Part shown: positions 23,294-35,630 of the stretch, piece after piece | How positions within the stretch are numbered: the stretch's first letter is position 1 | How the letters are laid out: the number at the start of each line of letters is the position of its first letter | Assembly (NCBI GenBank): GCA_013239625.1 | Contig: MU053376.1 | Span: 2,158,507 to 2,222,506 of the forward strand | DNA: 64,000 nt | Source: Lama guanicoe | Lineage: Eukaryota | Direction of reading: 5' to 3' | Translations under genes and position numbers: made by a program | Notes under the pieces: model-generated | What the model saw: the letters and a program-made list of their open reading frames with translations, nothing else | Databases searched by the model: none | What the model was told of the DNA's origin: nothing

Positions 23294-24823
23294 CTGTCCA
23301 AAAAGAGAACCAGAAAACACTTACTGTCCAAAAGTCAATCCCCTAGGGAACTGGCAAAGCCAAACACTAAGGGGGCCCCTTTAATTAAGATGCAGAGAAG
23401 AAATTCAACTGAAAGCTAGAGAGAAGGTTGTGAGGGGATGTCCAAAGAGGTTGCATTCTTTTTTTTATTAGGTTACCCCGAGTTTGTGAAGCAGTTTGTA
23501 TGTCACATGCTATTCACTTTTAGACTCTTTGCTTACTTTAGCCCTAGAGACCTGATTCTTTACATACTTCTATTGAGCTCTTTGAAGTAGTTTATCTCAA
23601 TCTATGACATTGAGAAGTTATCATTTTTATAGCAGGAAGACACATGATGCGAGCTGTAGCTTTAAGAATCTGTTTAACTGCCGAAGTTGGATATTTACAT
23701 GAAGTTGGATATTTACACATAAGGCTACAGGTGAATATTTGCTTTGTGAATATCTGCTTTGGCCTGTCCGGTATCCCTTTCCCCTTCTCTGGGAACCAAG
23801 TGCCTCTTTTCCTGTGGGGAACACATCCCATAGAGTTTACAAGGGGCTGACTCCCTTCTCAAAGAGGTCGCAGTCTTGAGAAAGGCAGAGACTTCAGGAC
23901 CTGGATGTCACTTGACACTTGGGAGACACCTGTTGTTCCACCTCGACTGCAGCAGGGAAAAATGGCCACAGTGGATAAATGTAGGGACAGAAACCCAATG
24001 AAGATTCCACTGATGACCTCAGAAACAAATAACCTAAGAATGGGACGCCAGCCTGCCAGAAATTTTGAAACTTTCCCATGTTTATTATTTTGCTTCCCTC
24101 TGTTTCCATAGTGATTAGCAGTAAAACCCTGAGATCAAAAAGGGCTTGTATTTGTGTAGCAGCAAAGTGGGGTAGGGGTAGAAGTGGCCTGGGGTAGGTG
24201 ACTGCACTGCTGCAGCCAAGCATGGAAGAAGAAAAGCCCCAAGTGACAAAGTAGGTGTCAGGAACCATGGAAAAGAGAAAAGGACACTGACTCTCTGGGA
24301 TCTGTGACAAAGAAAGAAAGCAAAGAATCCTGGGAGCCAGGCAGAGCCTAAGAAAGAATTCCTGTGAAATATCTCAATTGGAATCCTTCACTGAGACAGC
24401 TGGGAATGTGGTTTAATTAATCCAGCTTTTTTTCCTATCGCAACATCTCAGTATCTTAAGAAAATCCTGCTAGTGATAGTTTAAAGAAACATTTTTTACA
24501 TGCCCTAAAACTCCACCCTTTTCAAGACCTCTGCTCCATCCCTAGTTAACCCACTAGAAACTAACGTTCCTTCATCTCAGAATATCCCTTGGCAACCACT
24601 TTCTTTCTGTTAGCTCCCCTTTTTTTCCCCTTCCCTTCTAAAGCAGTTTCTGGTCCTGAAAGACCTAATTCTAGGGACATTAAATCCAAAAAGATCCTTT
24701 GGAATGATATTGGGAGATTTTGCACTTGTTTGCTTTAAGAAAGACAGGTTAATGGAAGAAACAAGGAGAAATAGATGTTAGGCAAGGACCACAGTAATGG
24801 CCATCTCCATCCTATTGCCATAC

Positions 24824-25014
24824 CTGTCGGGTATAGATTTTTCTCCAGTTCAAATAGGATGGGGTTACCACCACTCACGTACACAGCCACTGCATCCCCT
24901 CTGTGAGCATACAACTTCACAATGTTGAGCTCTTCCTTCCCAGGTACTAACTCAGACACCTGATCCGTCCCAAGAGTGGGGAAAACAGCTGTTACATCAG
25001 CCCGAAGTTTTCTC
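24824..25014 (-). CDS. EIF2D: EIF2D exon 2
   Basis: cag|RKLRADVTAVFPTLGTDQVSELVPGKEELNIVKLYAHRGDAVAVYVSGGNPILFELEKNLYPT|gtatgg; 191 nt. Confidence 0.95.
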
Positions 25015-25898
25015 CTGCAGAAAGCACACATGCCTGGTATGAATGTTGCCTGGATGGATTTCAATAAAAATTAAGGACCCAGAAAGACTTACTATAAAGT
25101 CATGAGGGACAAGGAAAAGACTGGTTTATGATGCCCTTATTCTCACACGCTCTTCCAAAACATTCTATTCTCTTTCTCATCCAATGCCTCATCTATTTTC
25201 ACGTGTTCTTCAGGCACCAGGAACAACCCAAGTTAGCCTGCCACTGGAAACTCAGCCTTGCCTGACTTCTTGCACAGCTCTTGGACCCGCTCCTTTCTCA
25301 TACATGGTTGACAAACCTGTCAGCTTATGATTAAGTAGCTATTCTAGGGCACCAAGAATGACAACCATAGAACACTGGTTTCAAAATCCCCAAGGTGATA
25401 TCTGCATTTGCGGCACTGTCTGAAGAGATATAGTTCTTACCACTTATCCTATCCCACCTCACCCTCCATCTGTCTCTCCTGCCAGAGGTTATCACTAGAC
25501 ACTTCTTGGATACCTGTAGTTCTCTGGGTCCCACATGATTTCTCCCAAGGATGCTCAAAAGCTCTTGGGAGGACAAAGGCCCCGTATTCCTTCATTTTTG
25601 CATCCTCCACAACATCCAAAACAGACTGCAGTCAGTACGCACTGATTGAACTATGTTTTCTTTTTAACTCACTAGAATAGCCAAAAGATAGTTTGGAAGA
25701 CAAATCAGGCCTCCACTCCATTTTCATCCTCAAAATGTATCTAACTCACCCTTGCTCCCCTGGCGTCCCTCCTCCGGCTGTACCCCTCGACCTCCACCCC
25801 AGGTCCGCTGACCGAGCCCAGAAAGGGCCGTGAGCCAGACGTGCTTGAGAGATGTCTGGGTCCCTTGGTGGGCAGAGCAGGCCCCTTCTCTCCCTCAC

Positions 25899-25954
25899 CT
25901 GTCCGACCCTTTGATGGCCGTGTTGGACTTGACCCGAAAGGCCTTGGCAAACAT
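25899..25954 (-). CDS. EIF2D: EIF2D exon 1 coding part (eukaryotic translation initiation factor 2D / ligatin)
   Basis: gacATG start, MFAKAFRVKSNTAIKGSD(R)|gtgagg. The 15 exons sum to 1758 nt = 585 aa plus stop. Confidence 0.95.
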
Positions 25955-26006
25955 GTCTGCTGGAGTGGCCTGGGGAAGAAAAGGAGACCACAGAAGCCAA
26001 GGGCTG

Positions 26007-26060
26007 TCAGGAAAACGAGAACACGGCGGCTTTCCGACCCGCAGCCCTGGGGGCAGCCAT
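26007..26060 (-). other. Upstream ORF in the EIF2D 5' leader (17 aa, MAAPRAAGRKAAVFSFS)
   Basis: agtATGG strong Kozak (A at -3, G at +4); TGA ends 52 nt before the main ATG. Confidence 0.7.
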
Positions 26061-26063
26061 ACT

Positions 26064-26113
26064 GGGGCCCGGCAGGGAAAGGGGCCCGGCTGGGAAAGGG
26101 GCCCGGCTGGAAA
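26064..26113. repeat. 17-bp minisatellite, 3 copies (GGGGCCCGGCWGGGAAA)
   Basis: Units at 26064-26080, 26081-26097 and 26098-26113 (last is 16 bp). Confidence 0.9.
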
Positions 26114-27929
26114 CCCGGGCCGCGCAGCTTCACGGCCACCCCTAGTGGCGAGGCCGGGAACTGAAGCAGGGAGGGCGGGGCCGGAGACTGGAGGGCGGAC
26201 TCCTGCGCGAAGCGGGATGCACCGCCCCCGCCGCCTCGCCCGTCTGCTCGGCTCTGCGCCTGCGCGAGCGGCTTGCGCATGCATTTCTCTGGTGACCATA
26301 CGGGGCCAAGACTGTTTCGGTTCATTTCCACTCCATCAGCCATAGAATGTGTTAAGTGGGTGCTGTGCCAGCTCCCAGTGCGTTCGGGTTAGCTCAGCTC
26401 CACAAAGTTAATTGAACTCTTGTGTTTTATTAAACTTGCAGGCCTCTTGAAAAGGCTCTTAAGAGCTTTTGTTTATTAAGATCTTTATATTTTATTGCAT
26501 ACGAGGAACCTCAGCTAGGATTCTCTCCCACATTTTCTCCTCCGTATTTTTTAATTTACATGGGGTGATAATAACAATAACAGGGAATCTAGTCCCAGAT
26601 TTGAACTCCTATTAAGAGGGGGGAAAAAAAAACTACAAATGACCTTCAAATCTGTTATGTAAAATATTTTTATACATTTTTATGTACCATTTGCATTCAG
26701 GCATTATGGTGGGGAGGAGTGTTTCCAAAGTAATTATACTCAGAGTGATTGCAAAAAAATAATTCGTGAGACATAGTAAGATCAAATTATGGTTTGGCGA
26801 GTCCCTAGCAGTATGTTCTTGGGCCAGTGGCTTATTTGTTCTGAAATTCTTGCATTCTCTGTAAGATGTGGAGGTAATACCTACCTCACAGGACTTCTGT
26901 GAGAAATAATTGATATAAGGTATGTGATAAGTTGCACAGTGCTTTGAAAATTTGCAGTAAACAGATATTAATAGATATTAGTCCAAAACAAACAAAAACA
27001 GTCTCAGACAGGGGTGAGAGATTGGGCTTCCCTGAATGGGACTACTGTGTACCCTGGACACAAGGATTTAAACACCCGGGGTCCTGGCCCACACTAAATT
27101 TACATTTGCTTAGGAAAACTTCAGTGTCAAGTGTCCATCCACCGAGAAAAAAAAAAAAGCCCTAATTGCTTTAATTTGACGACACAATTACACAAAGGAG
27201 AATTCTACCTTGCCTATGCAAAGATTAGGGCTTCCACGGTGTATGTACCATTCTTTGAAGGGACCCTAATGTGGCCCAAGGCCCAGCCCCAACTGCAGCT
27301 CCTGCTACACTTCTGACCCACCAAACCTTTATTCTGAACCATCCCAGTCACAAAGTCAAAGTCAGAGGAACCCAGAGGAGGAGAGTGTCACAGACCCTTG
27401 TCCCTGTGGACCCCAACCCAGCCACACTTGGGGAGTGGGATGCCAGACTCTGTGCTGTTGGCCAGGCCTGTTGCAGCACAGCCACTGAAGCAACTTCTGT
27501 ACGAGGAGTTGAGGAAGGTTATTCAAGGGAATACTAGCAATTTCAAGCTGGGGAAACTATTGTACACACCAGATGTCCTGGATAAGAAGGTATAGATTAT
27601 CAGCCTAAAAATTTGTGGTTGACAAGTAGGAACCAAGACCCAGGAAGATTTCTGTACCACAGCATCCTGCCTCCCCATTGGCAGAGCAAGATCTCCCTTT
27701 CCCTAGGGTGGCACCATCCCCTCTTCTCTGCAGGTATCACTGACCTGCCTGCTCCCTCTCGGTGGCTCTGTTGCTAGGCAAGCCAGCTAAACCCTGAGTC
27801 TAGCAAGCCCAGACTCTTTAATCTTCCCTTTGTGGCTCTGGTGCAGCCCCACAGGACTCTCAACCCATTGCCCACTCTTGGGTCAGCAGCAGACACAAGC
27901 TATCTTTTATAAAAGAGGAAGGGCAGAAG

Positions 27930-28851
27930 TAAGAGTCCAGATGGTAGAGACAAGAACCGTCATTCACGAGCCTTTAACCCTAATCAAGGAATTGGCAATA
28001 TACGTGCCTTGATGGATTTCATGTTAGCTATAACCAGTGACTTCTGTGTGCCTCCCAACTGCTCTCCTTCAGGGAGTCTCTACAGTGGTCATACCATGCC
28101 TGTCCCAACATTGTATGTTGAGTTTGTTTGGGGCAGAGAGCTTGTGTCTTTTGTTCATGGGTATTCAGCTCAAGAACTGTACTCAAGCAGCTGTACTTAA
28201 GGAAATATACCTGAGAAGCATTATCCACACCTGGACCCAGTTTAGATGATGAGATCCTTAATTTTGAATAGATCAAGGAATAAAATTCAGGGGGACCTGG
28301 GGAGGGAGTTAATATGTTCTGCATGTAAGAGGCACAAGAATCATTGAAGGCTAGAGGGTAGATTATGGTAGCCAGACTCCAAGAGGGCTCTCAGTGGGCT
28401 TCATGTCCTTCCACATGAGATCAGGGCTGACTTCTGTGGCCATTAACATATGGCCAAGGTGACAGTGTGACTCCTGAAGTCATAGAAGACACTACCATTT
28501 CTACCTTGGTCTCCTAGATTTCTTGCTCTGTAGGAAACCACCCACCATCTTGAAAGGACATTCAGGAAGCCGTGTAAAAAGGTCCATGTGGAGAGGAACC
28601 CACTTCCTAGCAGCAACTTGCCAGCCATGTGATTGAGCCACCTTGGAAGCATAGCCTCCAGCTCTGGGTGGGTCGTCCCACCCTACAAGTTTTCCAGTCT
28701 TCCAGCTGAGGTCCCAGCCATCAGGAAGCAGAGACGACTATGCCCTGTCTGAATTCCTGATCCACAGAAACCATGAGATAGTAAACAATTATTTTTTTAA
28801 AGCTATTAAGCTTGGGGGTGTTTTGTTATGCAGCACTGGATAACTAATACA
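27930..28851 (+). mobile_element. MaLR: MLT1 internal 3' end plus MLT1 LTR (LTR about 28364-28851)
   Basis: Typical MLT1 end ttgttatgcagcactggataactaataca; int-LTR junction agagggtagat|tatggtagcc. Confidence 0.7.
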
Positions 28852-30489
28852 GGAGCCCAAGTATTTCTCACTCCCGGTGCATCCTGAGATAGCCAGTTGG
28901 TCTGTGTCAGTGTGATAGACTCCACAGCTATGTGCAAACTAGCCGTTCTCACAGGAAATCATCCTCCACTGGCTCTTTTGCTTACAATGTGAAAATTGAA
29001 AACTTAGAAGCCTAGGATATTGATCTCACAATATAAAAGGGAGACACGGCAGGAGAAGATGTGCACATTAGGTGCTTGCACTTGTGAAATAAAACCACAG
29101 GGCGGATTTGAAGAAGGCAGAGCTCTGCTATGCCCAGCTTAGCTCTGCTGGATTGCCTGGTCTTCCTGGTTGGTGGGTGCCAGCTGAGACCAAGGCACCC
29201 AGTCTGAGAACAGCTGCATCCACTTCCCAGTCAGCCTGCCCCACGTGCCCTGGGAGCCCTGAGCTGCCCCCTGCTTCAGTGGGCTGAAGACTTCTTCGTG
29301 AGTATGATGCCCACCTGTCCTTTCTCTTTTCTTGGAACTTTTCAGACTAGATATTCAGCTGGGCTTTTAAAAATCCCCTTTTTCCTTCATAGCCTCCCCC
29401 AAAAGCTAGTGAATCTGGAAGATCCCAGGTAAAGCCAGTAGGAACCCTCAGACACTGGCAGAAAAAGATTTGGATAGCTGCTCAGACATAAAACACCTGT
29501 TACATCTCACAGTTATCTCCTTGCCTGGGATCGATCTGGAAGGGACCGATCTGAGGTTTCTGCTGCAGAAACCTGTCACTGGAAACTCTCAGAGTCTAAT
29601 GGATTCTGGGAAAGCACCACAGATGACACGCATTCCCAGGGACCTTTGAGCTCGGAGCTAGGCATCTGTGGTGGGGAGGAGGGAAAATCCAAGAGCAGGG
29701 GGTGACTGAGGAAGAATGGAACCCCGCAGCTAGCTGTGGGTTTCTTGTCGTGACTGTAGGAGGGAAGACCAGGCAGGGGACTGGCAGAGTCTAGATGCAA
29801 AGCCCTGGGGCCGAGTCAGGACACTTCCTAAACTTCAAAGTCAGGATTTCAAATAGTACCAGACCCTAAGAGAGATGCTGATTTTTTTTTAGCTGATGCC
29901 TAATGTGCTTCTGTAATCAAACCTAGAACTGAAACTGCTCAGATCAGCCAGCAGAGGCTGTAAATGAAAGAGGCCCAGGGGACAAGCACTGCAGACATTT
30001 TACTGAATGTCACAGTCCCTCTGGTTTTGTGCTCAGCACCGCAAAGCTCAAGCACAGACAGGCCAGCTTTTGTTTATCATTTCGTTCCTGGAGGACTTGA
30101 AGGCAAGAGAATTTGTAGAATCTGGGGTTGGGCAACACTCCTGGAGTGTGGGAAGGCTGGACGTTCAGGGGTGGACACACAGAGGGGGAAGCTCTGGGGC
30201 AGAAGGGCAGGAACGTTGGCTTCACATCTGCAGGCGTTGATGTCTGCTTCCTGTGCTTTGGAAAGAAGCGGACCAACATCTTCGCTCGGCTCATTGAAGT
30301 CGGTCCAGTCTAGGGGTCAGGCCGGCCTTCAGAGAGCCTGTAAATTCAGAGAGCCTTCAGAGAGCCTGTAAACTAAAGGTAGGGCAGGGATTAGCACGAA
30401 AGTATCCATTGCAGCTAATCACGATGCCCATTTCCCTCCTTATCTACCCACCTTCCACTCCACTGTCCCTCAGTACATGGGATCAGTGA

Positions 30490-30757
30490 CAGGGAAGAAG
30501 TCCATGTGACAATGGAGGCAGAGATTAGAGGGACCCAGCTACAAGTCAGGGAGTGCCAAGTGTTGCCAGCAACCACTGGAAGTGAGGAGAAAGACCTGGA
30601 ACATTCTCTCAGAGCTCCCAGGAGGAGCCAACCCTGCTGACACTTTGAGTTCAGACTTCCGGCCTCCTGAACTGTGAGACGATAAATTTCTGTTGTTTTC
30701 AGCCACCCAATTTGTGGTCATTTGTTACCACAAAGTAGTACAAGAGAAACTAATATC
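30490..30757 (+). mobile_element. MLT1 (MaLR) LTR 3' part
   Basis: ccaaccctgctgacactttgagttcagacttccggcctcctgaactgtgagacgataaatttctgttgttt. Confidence 0.75.
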
Positions 30758-30759
30758 AG

Positions 30760-31300
30760 CCCAGAAAAATTAATTCAAGAGAAATAAAAATATATGCTCA
30801 CAAAAAGATCTGTACACCGTGTTCATAGGAACATTATTCATAATAGCTCCAAACTAGAAACAGCCCAAATGTACGTTGACAGGCGACTGGATAAACAAGT
30901 TGTGGTAAATCCAGTTGGTGGACTCCTCCTTAATGAAAAAGAAGCAACCACTGAGATATCCACCCATATGGGCAAATCGCAAAAGCAGCTTGTTGAAAGA
31001 AAGAAGCCAGACACAAAAGAGAACCTACTGTATACTTTCATTTATATGAGGCTCAAGAACGAGCAACACTAATCCTACAGTGGTGGTCTCTGCGGTGAGA
31101 TAATTCACTGGACAGGGGCAGAGGGAACTTTCTGGGGTTATAGAAATAGTCTTTATCTTGATTGGGGTGTGTGTTTCACAGGGGTTCACATTTGTCGAAA
31201 CTCATCAAAATACACATTAAGATCTGTGCATTTTCCTGGGTGTAAAATTTACCTCAAAAAAATTGGTAAATAAAATAAATCCAAAAATTAAAAAAAAAAA
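30760..31300 (+). mobile_element. Ancient L1M 3' region
   Basis: cattattcataatagctccaaactagaaacagcccaaatgt...aaactcatcaaaatacacattaagatctgtgcattt; A-rich end. Confidence 0.7.
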
Positions 31301-31456
31301 GTAGGGAATAAGACTGTATGTACTTGAGCATATGTGAGGGTCTGTGTTTTGGGGAAAAGGTGGGAAAAGGAAGTTAACTTAGGGTGATTTTTCTCCAAGA
31401 CCAGATTTCAAGTCTACTTCAAAGTATTTCGGATGAAGACTCAATTTCCCTACCAG

Positions 31457-31578
31457 TAGGGTTTCTAGACTTAGTAAACAAAAATACAAGGTGCCCAGTT
31501 AAATGCGAATTTCAGATGAAAAATGAATAATTTTTTAGTATCAGTGTATCCTAAATATCGTAGGGGACATACTCATAC
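31457..31578 (+). mobile_element. MER53-like hAT MITE fragment
   Basis: aaaaatacaaggtgcccagttaaatgcgaatttcagat...ataattttttagtat. Confidence 0.55.
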
Positions 31579-33491
31579 CTCTCTGTTTGGTCATACAGTG
31601 GGGATGTGTGGATGACCTGTGAGGTCCAGCCCAGGAAAGGCAGGGAGAGCCGGAGAAAAAAAGGACTATTTAGGAAAAGTGAATGGAAGCTATTCAATTC
31701 CTATAGAGGTATAATTTCGATGACAGTGAGCTGAGAACCGATTCTTGGTGAATGAAAAACCAAAACCTCCAGGAGAAGGAGGGGCCAGGACATGGGGATG
31801 GTGGTGTGTGGATGAAGATCTGGATCCTCGGTGAACCCGGCAAAGGGTCATTCTTATACAAGGCACTTGATAAGCCCTGATTTGGGTGCACACATCTGGA
31901 GGACAGGACGCAGAAGCTATGGGTCTGGGATCACCTTAATGTTTATGGTAGTCCCTGGAAGGTTTAGGCGTCTACAAGGAAAGCTATTTGTTGAATCAAA
32001 GATTGTACGAGAGAAGGCGTGCCTTGCCTTCTGAACATCAAATCCCAGGGAAAAACGACATTCTCATTGCTCTTGTAGAGGTCGGTTTTAAAAAGTCAGA
32101 TTTCCTTTCCACTGCTCTCCAGTCCCCAGGGCCCTGGTAATTCTGCCCAGGAGCACTTGACACAGGGACATAGTGCTCTTCCTTCAGTGAAACTTTCTTG
32201 AACTTGACGCTCAGTATGAGTAAGGAGCGCAAACTGTATTATAGGTGGAGTTTTTAGAAGATACCTTTTTCCTCATTGAAAGCTGTGATTTCCCAATTCA
32301 GTCATGCTTTCTGTGTCCAGGAAGGGCTGCAAATGTAAGAGATCAGGGGAGGGGGCAACCCTGGGGCTCTGGACAGTAGGGACACCCCCAAGGAGCTCTG
32401 GAAGCCTGAAGAAAAGAGGCCGCTTTCCAGGGCCCACTGGAAACATGTTTCCTGATCTCTGTGGCTCCTTGGTGGAGCTCAGCCCAGAAGGACTGCATTT
32501 CTTCACGCAAGACCAGGCTTTTGTCTTTAAGAGCAAGCAGGCAAACAAAACTGAAGGCTTCAGGGTGACCAGCAAGTACAATTTTGAAGGGATTAGTGGA
32601 TGTTAAGACAGAGGTTTCCATTTATCAAGGAGTGGTTTCTAAAATTCCAGTGATATCGACATCTTTGCTGAGAGCCTCCTATGTGCCAGGTACTGTACTT
32701 GGCACAGGGAAGATGAAGATTATGAATAAAACGAAGTTCCCGTCTCAGGGAGTGACACAGACCCATGCACACATCATTATAATCAGGGCCAGTGGAAATA
32801 ACCTGGATTTCCCTCAAACTCACATATTTGCTTATTTCTTTGGAGGAGGGACTGAGCTGGTCAGGGAAAAGGGCAGAGAAGACGACCCCCAGCTTTCACA
32901 TCAAGTCCCTGAGACAACTGGACCCGGCCTCCTTAGAAGGCAGGTTTGGCCTCATCAGTTTTTCTGAATGTCTCTCGGGAGTCTTACACTTGTCCCCCAA
33001 TTGTCCCCACGAGGCACTTAGCCGAGTATTTCTTCTAGCCATGTATGGTTGTTTACACGAGATAAATCTGGATAAAAACAATATTCTCCATCTTTGTACA
33101 TTTCCGGTTAATTTTAACTCTCCTAATGGATTAGCTCCCGGGGAAAATGTTTGACTGGAACATCCCTTAGTCCAGCTTTTATTATAATACAAAGAGGTAC
33201 ATGAAATTAGAGGGTTATGAACATTGACACATATTGGTAGGGCCCTTAGAAGTTGGGGTTAAATGATGACACATGGAAAGTACTTCATTAATTGTTTTAC
33301 AGAGTTGTGGGTGCATTTTTGAGGGAGAGGGCAGCCTGCCTTCCTTATTCAGGTGACACAGTGAGATGCTTTTCAAAGCCTGGTGTCCAGGCATCTGAGG
33401 TTTGGGAAGGTGAAGGTTTCCAGTAGCGAGGTGACCCAAATGGACTTTCAGGATTTAAGTGACACCAGTACAGCTAATCTCCAATGTCCAA

Positions 33492-33997
33492 CTGTAGTAA
33501 ATATCAGTGGGTTTTGCTGCCAAATATCCATTTATCCCTTTTCTGGAGTCCTCTGTAGTAATTTTTCTCTGGAGAATCACTGTCTCCCTAACAAACTCCC
33601 TGTCCAGGGTACTTCAGATGACACTGCTCTTGGCTCTGGGTGGCTCAGGCCTGGCCAATCAGAGCATTGAATCTTCCTGGCCAGAGATTTGGTTCAAGGA
33701 TGGAGCCAACCAAAGCCAGTGATACACAGTGAGGCTCTGTGGAGACTACTGAGAGAGCTTTCCCACTAAGTTGATCCTAGAACTGCTGGTCAGCGACTAG
33801 TTTGCACAGAAGAAGCCTGAGAACAAAGCCAGCGTGGAGACAAGCGATGGGGAGAGGACAGGAGCACACCATATCTGAACTTAGCCCTACTGCTTTTAAA
33901 AATCGTAAAAATAAATGTTTATAATACATTTTTCTTTAAGCAGTTTCAGTTGGGTTTTTTGATACTTGCCATAGAAAAAGTCCTGACCTGTATACTA
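33492..33997 (+). mobile_element. Ancient ERVL LTR (LTR16/LTR33-like)
   Basis: ggccaatcagagcatt...ttggttcaaggatgg; 3' end cagtttcagttgggttttttgatacttgc. Confidence 0.5.
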
Positions 33998-34239
33998 GGT
34001 GACAGACAGTTGGTTTCCTGACCCAGGTACCATGGATAGAACAGGCTTAGGGGGCTTCCAAGGTCCAGGTGACCCAGTAGGATTTGGTCCCCAAGGTCTA
34101 CCCTAGTGAGTCCCAAACCTCGTTGATGAACAACTGTCACAACAAAAATGTCGACGGTGCTCCTTATCAAGAAATTCTTGATCACTAGATCTGCTGAAAT
34201 GGAGGAAAGGCAGGAATTGATGTTTTTCAAAAGTACCCG

Positions 34240-35320
34240 TATCATTTCTGTATCGCAGTACCCCAAAACTTAGGGGCTTAAAACAACAATAACTTTATGC
34301 ACAGTGAACTATAGTCAATATCTTGTAGTAACCTATGATGAAAAAGAATATGGAAAGGAATATATGTATGTATATGTATGACTGAAACATTATGCTGTAC
34401 ACCAGAAATGGACACATTTGTAACTGATTATACTTCAATAACAATGAAACAAAACAAAACAACCAATAACTTTATTTGCTCACAATTCTCGAGGGGCTGC
34501 TGACTTTGGGGGTCCTCATGTGGCTGCTGTCATCTGGCCACTCAGCTCTGGGGGATGGCCTTTTTCACTTGCCGGCAGTCAGTGTTGGCTGAGGATTCTC
34601 CACCAAGCTAGCTCAGACTCGTCCACACGGTGGCAGCATCTAAGAGCATTAAGAGAAACCATAAGGTCTCCTGAGGCCTCAAGTCAATAATCACACAAGA
34701 CCAGTTACGTCGCATTCTGTTGGTCAGAGCAAGTCACACGGCTCGCCAAAGTCGCGATCTGGGATACTATTCACGGCCACTCGATGGGAACAGCTGCAAA
34801 AAATATGTGGCCGTGTTTAATCTACCACAGTACCCAAGGTTCTTAAGCTTTAATGTAACAAATTACCACAAATTTAGTGGCTTAAAAAACAGACAATGTC
34901 TTGCAGTTCTGGAGGTCAGAAGTCCTAAAATCAAGCTGTTGGCAGAGCTGTATTCTTTCTGGAAGCTCTAGGAGAGAATTTGTTTCCTTGCTTTTTTCCA
35001 GCTTCTGGAGGTCACTTTCATTCTTTGCCTTTTGGCCCATTCCTCCATCCTTAAGACCAAATACAAGTGTCAGATGGCTCCTTTCTCTCTCTCTCTCTGA
35101 CTTCTGCTTCCATTGCTACATCTCTTTCTCTGACCTCCTACCTCCCTCTTCCACTTTATAAAGGGACTGTGATTACATTTGGCCAGTCATGATAATCTCC
35201 CCCCATTTAAGATCCTTAATCACATTGCAAAGTCTGTCTTTGCCATATAAGGTGACATATTCACAGGTTCTGGGGAATAGGACATGGACAGCTTTGGAGG
35301 ACTATTATTCTGTCTCCACA
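34240..35320 (-). mobile_element. Two adjacent MLT1 (MaLR) LTRs
   Basis: Reverse-orientation MLT1 ends ccccaaaacttaggggcttaaaacaac and gtaacaaattaccacaaatttagtggcttaaaa...gttctggaggtcagaagtc. Confidence 0.7.
34298..34463 (+). mobile_element. 5'-truncated L1 3' end nested in a MaLR LTR
   Basis: Same L1 3'UTR sequence; TSD caataacttta at 34287-34297 and 34464-34474. Confidence 0.85.
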
Positions 35321-35419
35321 TTTGGAAATCTTAGGTCAAGGGAAACTGTAACAGAATTTAAAGGATTGAGTGATCTAATCTGGGTTACCCTGACAGGCTC
35401 TGGGAACGCAGGCAGTCAG

Positions 35420-35630
35420 AGGACTGGGCTTTAGAATCAAACAGACCAGGGTCTGAATTCCGCTTCACCACATACCAGCTTAGAACTTGGACAAGTTGTT
35501 AATCTTTGAGGTTAAAATGGGGGAGAATATCTATCTCACAAGACTGTTGTAAGTTTTAAATGAGAAAATATATGAAAAGCACTTCAGATGGTGCCTGGAC
35601 CATAATAGACTGAATAAACGGTAATGATGA
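35420..35630 (+). mobile_element. MIR
   Basis: gggctttagaatcaaacagacc...ttggacaagttgttaatc...aaaatgggg...taaatgaga. Confidence 0.6.

Larger units (their letters stand above)
25750..26320 (-). promoter_or_regulatory. EIF2D CpG-island promoter
   Basis: High CpG density; GC boxes near 26172 and 26192; NRF1-like TGCGCCTGCGCG near 26255 and TGCGCATGCA near 26274; TCT-type CCTTTCC at 26076-26082 and 26093-26099 (-). Confidence 0.8.

Noticed and set aside
26135..26148. CTCF-like CCACTAGGGGTGGC (-) in the EIF2D promoter
   Set aside because: Two mismatches in the 3' core, in a GC-rich island where chance matches are common.
25955..26299. In-frame upstream ATGs that would extend EIF2D by up to 115 aa (ORF 25895-26299)
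   Set aside because: They lie among GC-box/NRF1 promoter motifs upstream of the likely TCT start sites. Long open frames are expected in CpG islands and the peptide resembles nothing I know.
31680..32600. Non-repetitive intergenic stretch as a hidden exon or pseudogene
   Set aside because: No coherent ORF, splice pattern or recognisable homology.
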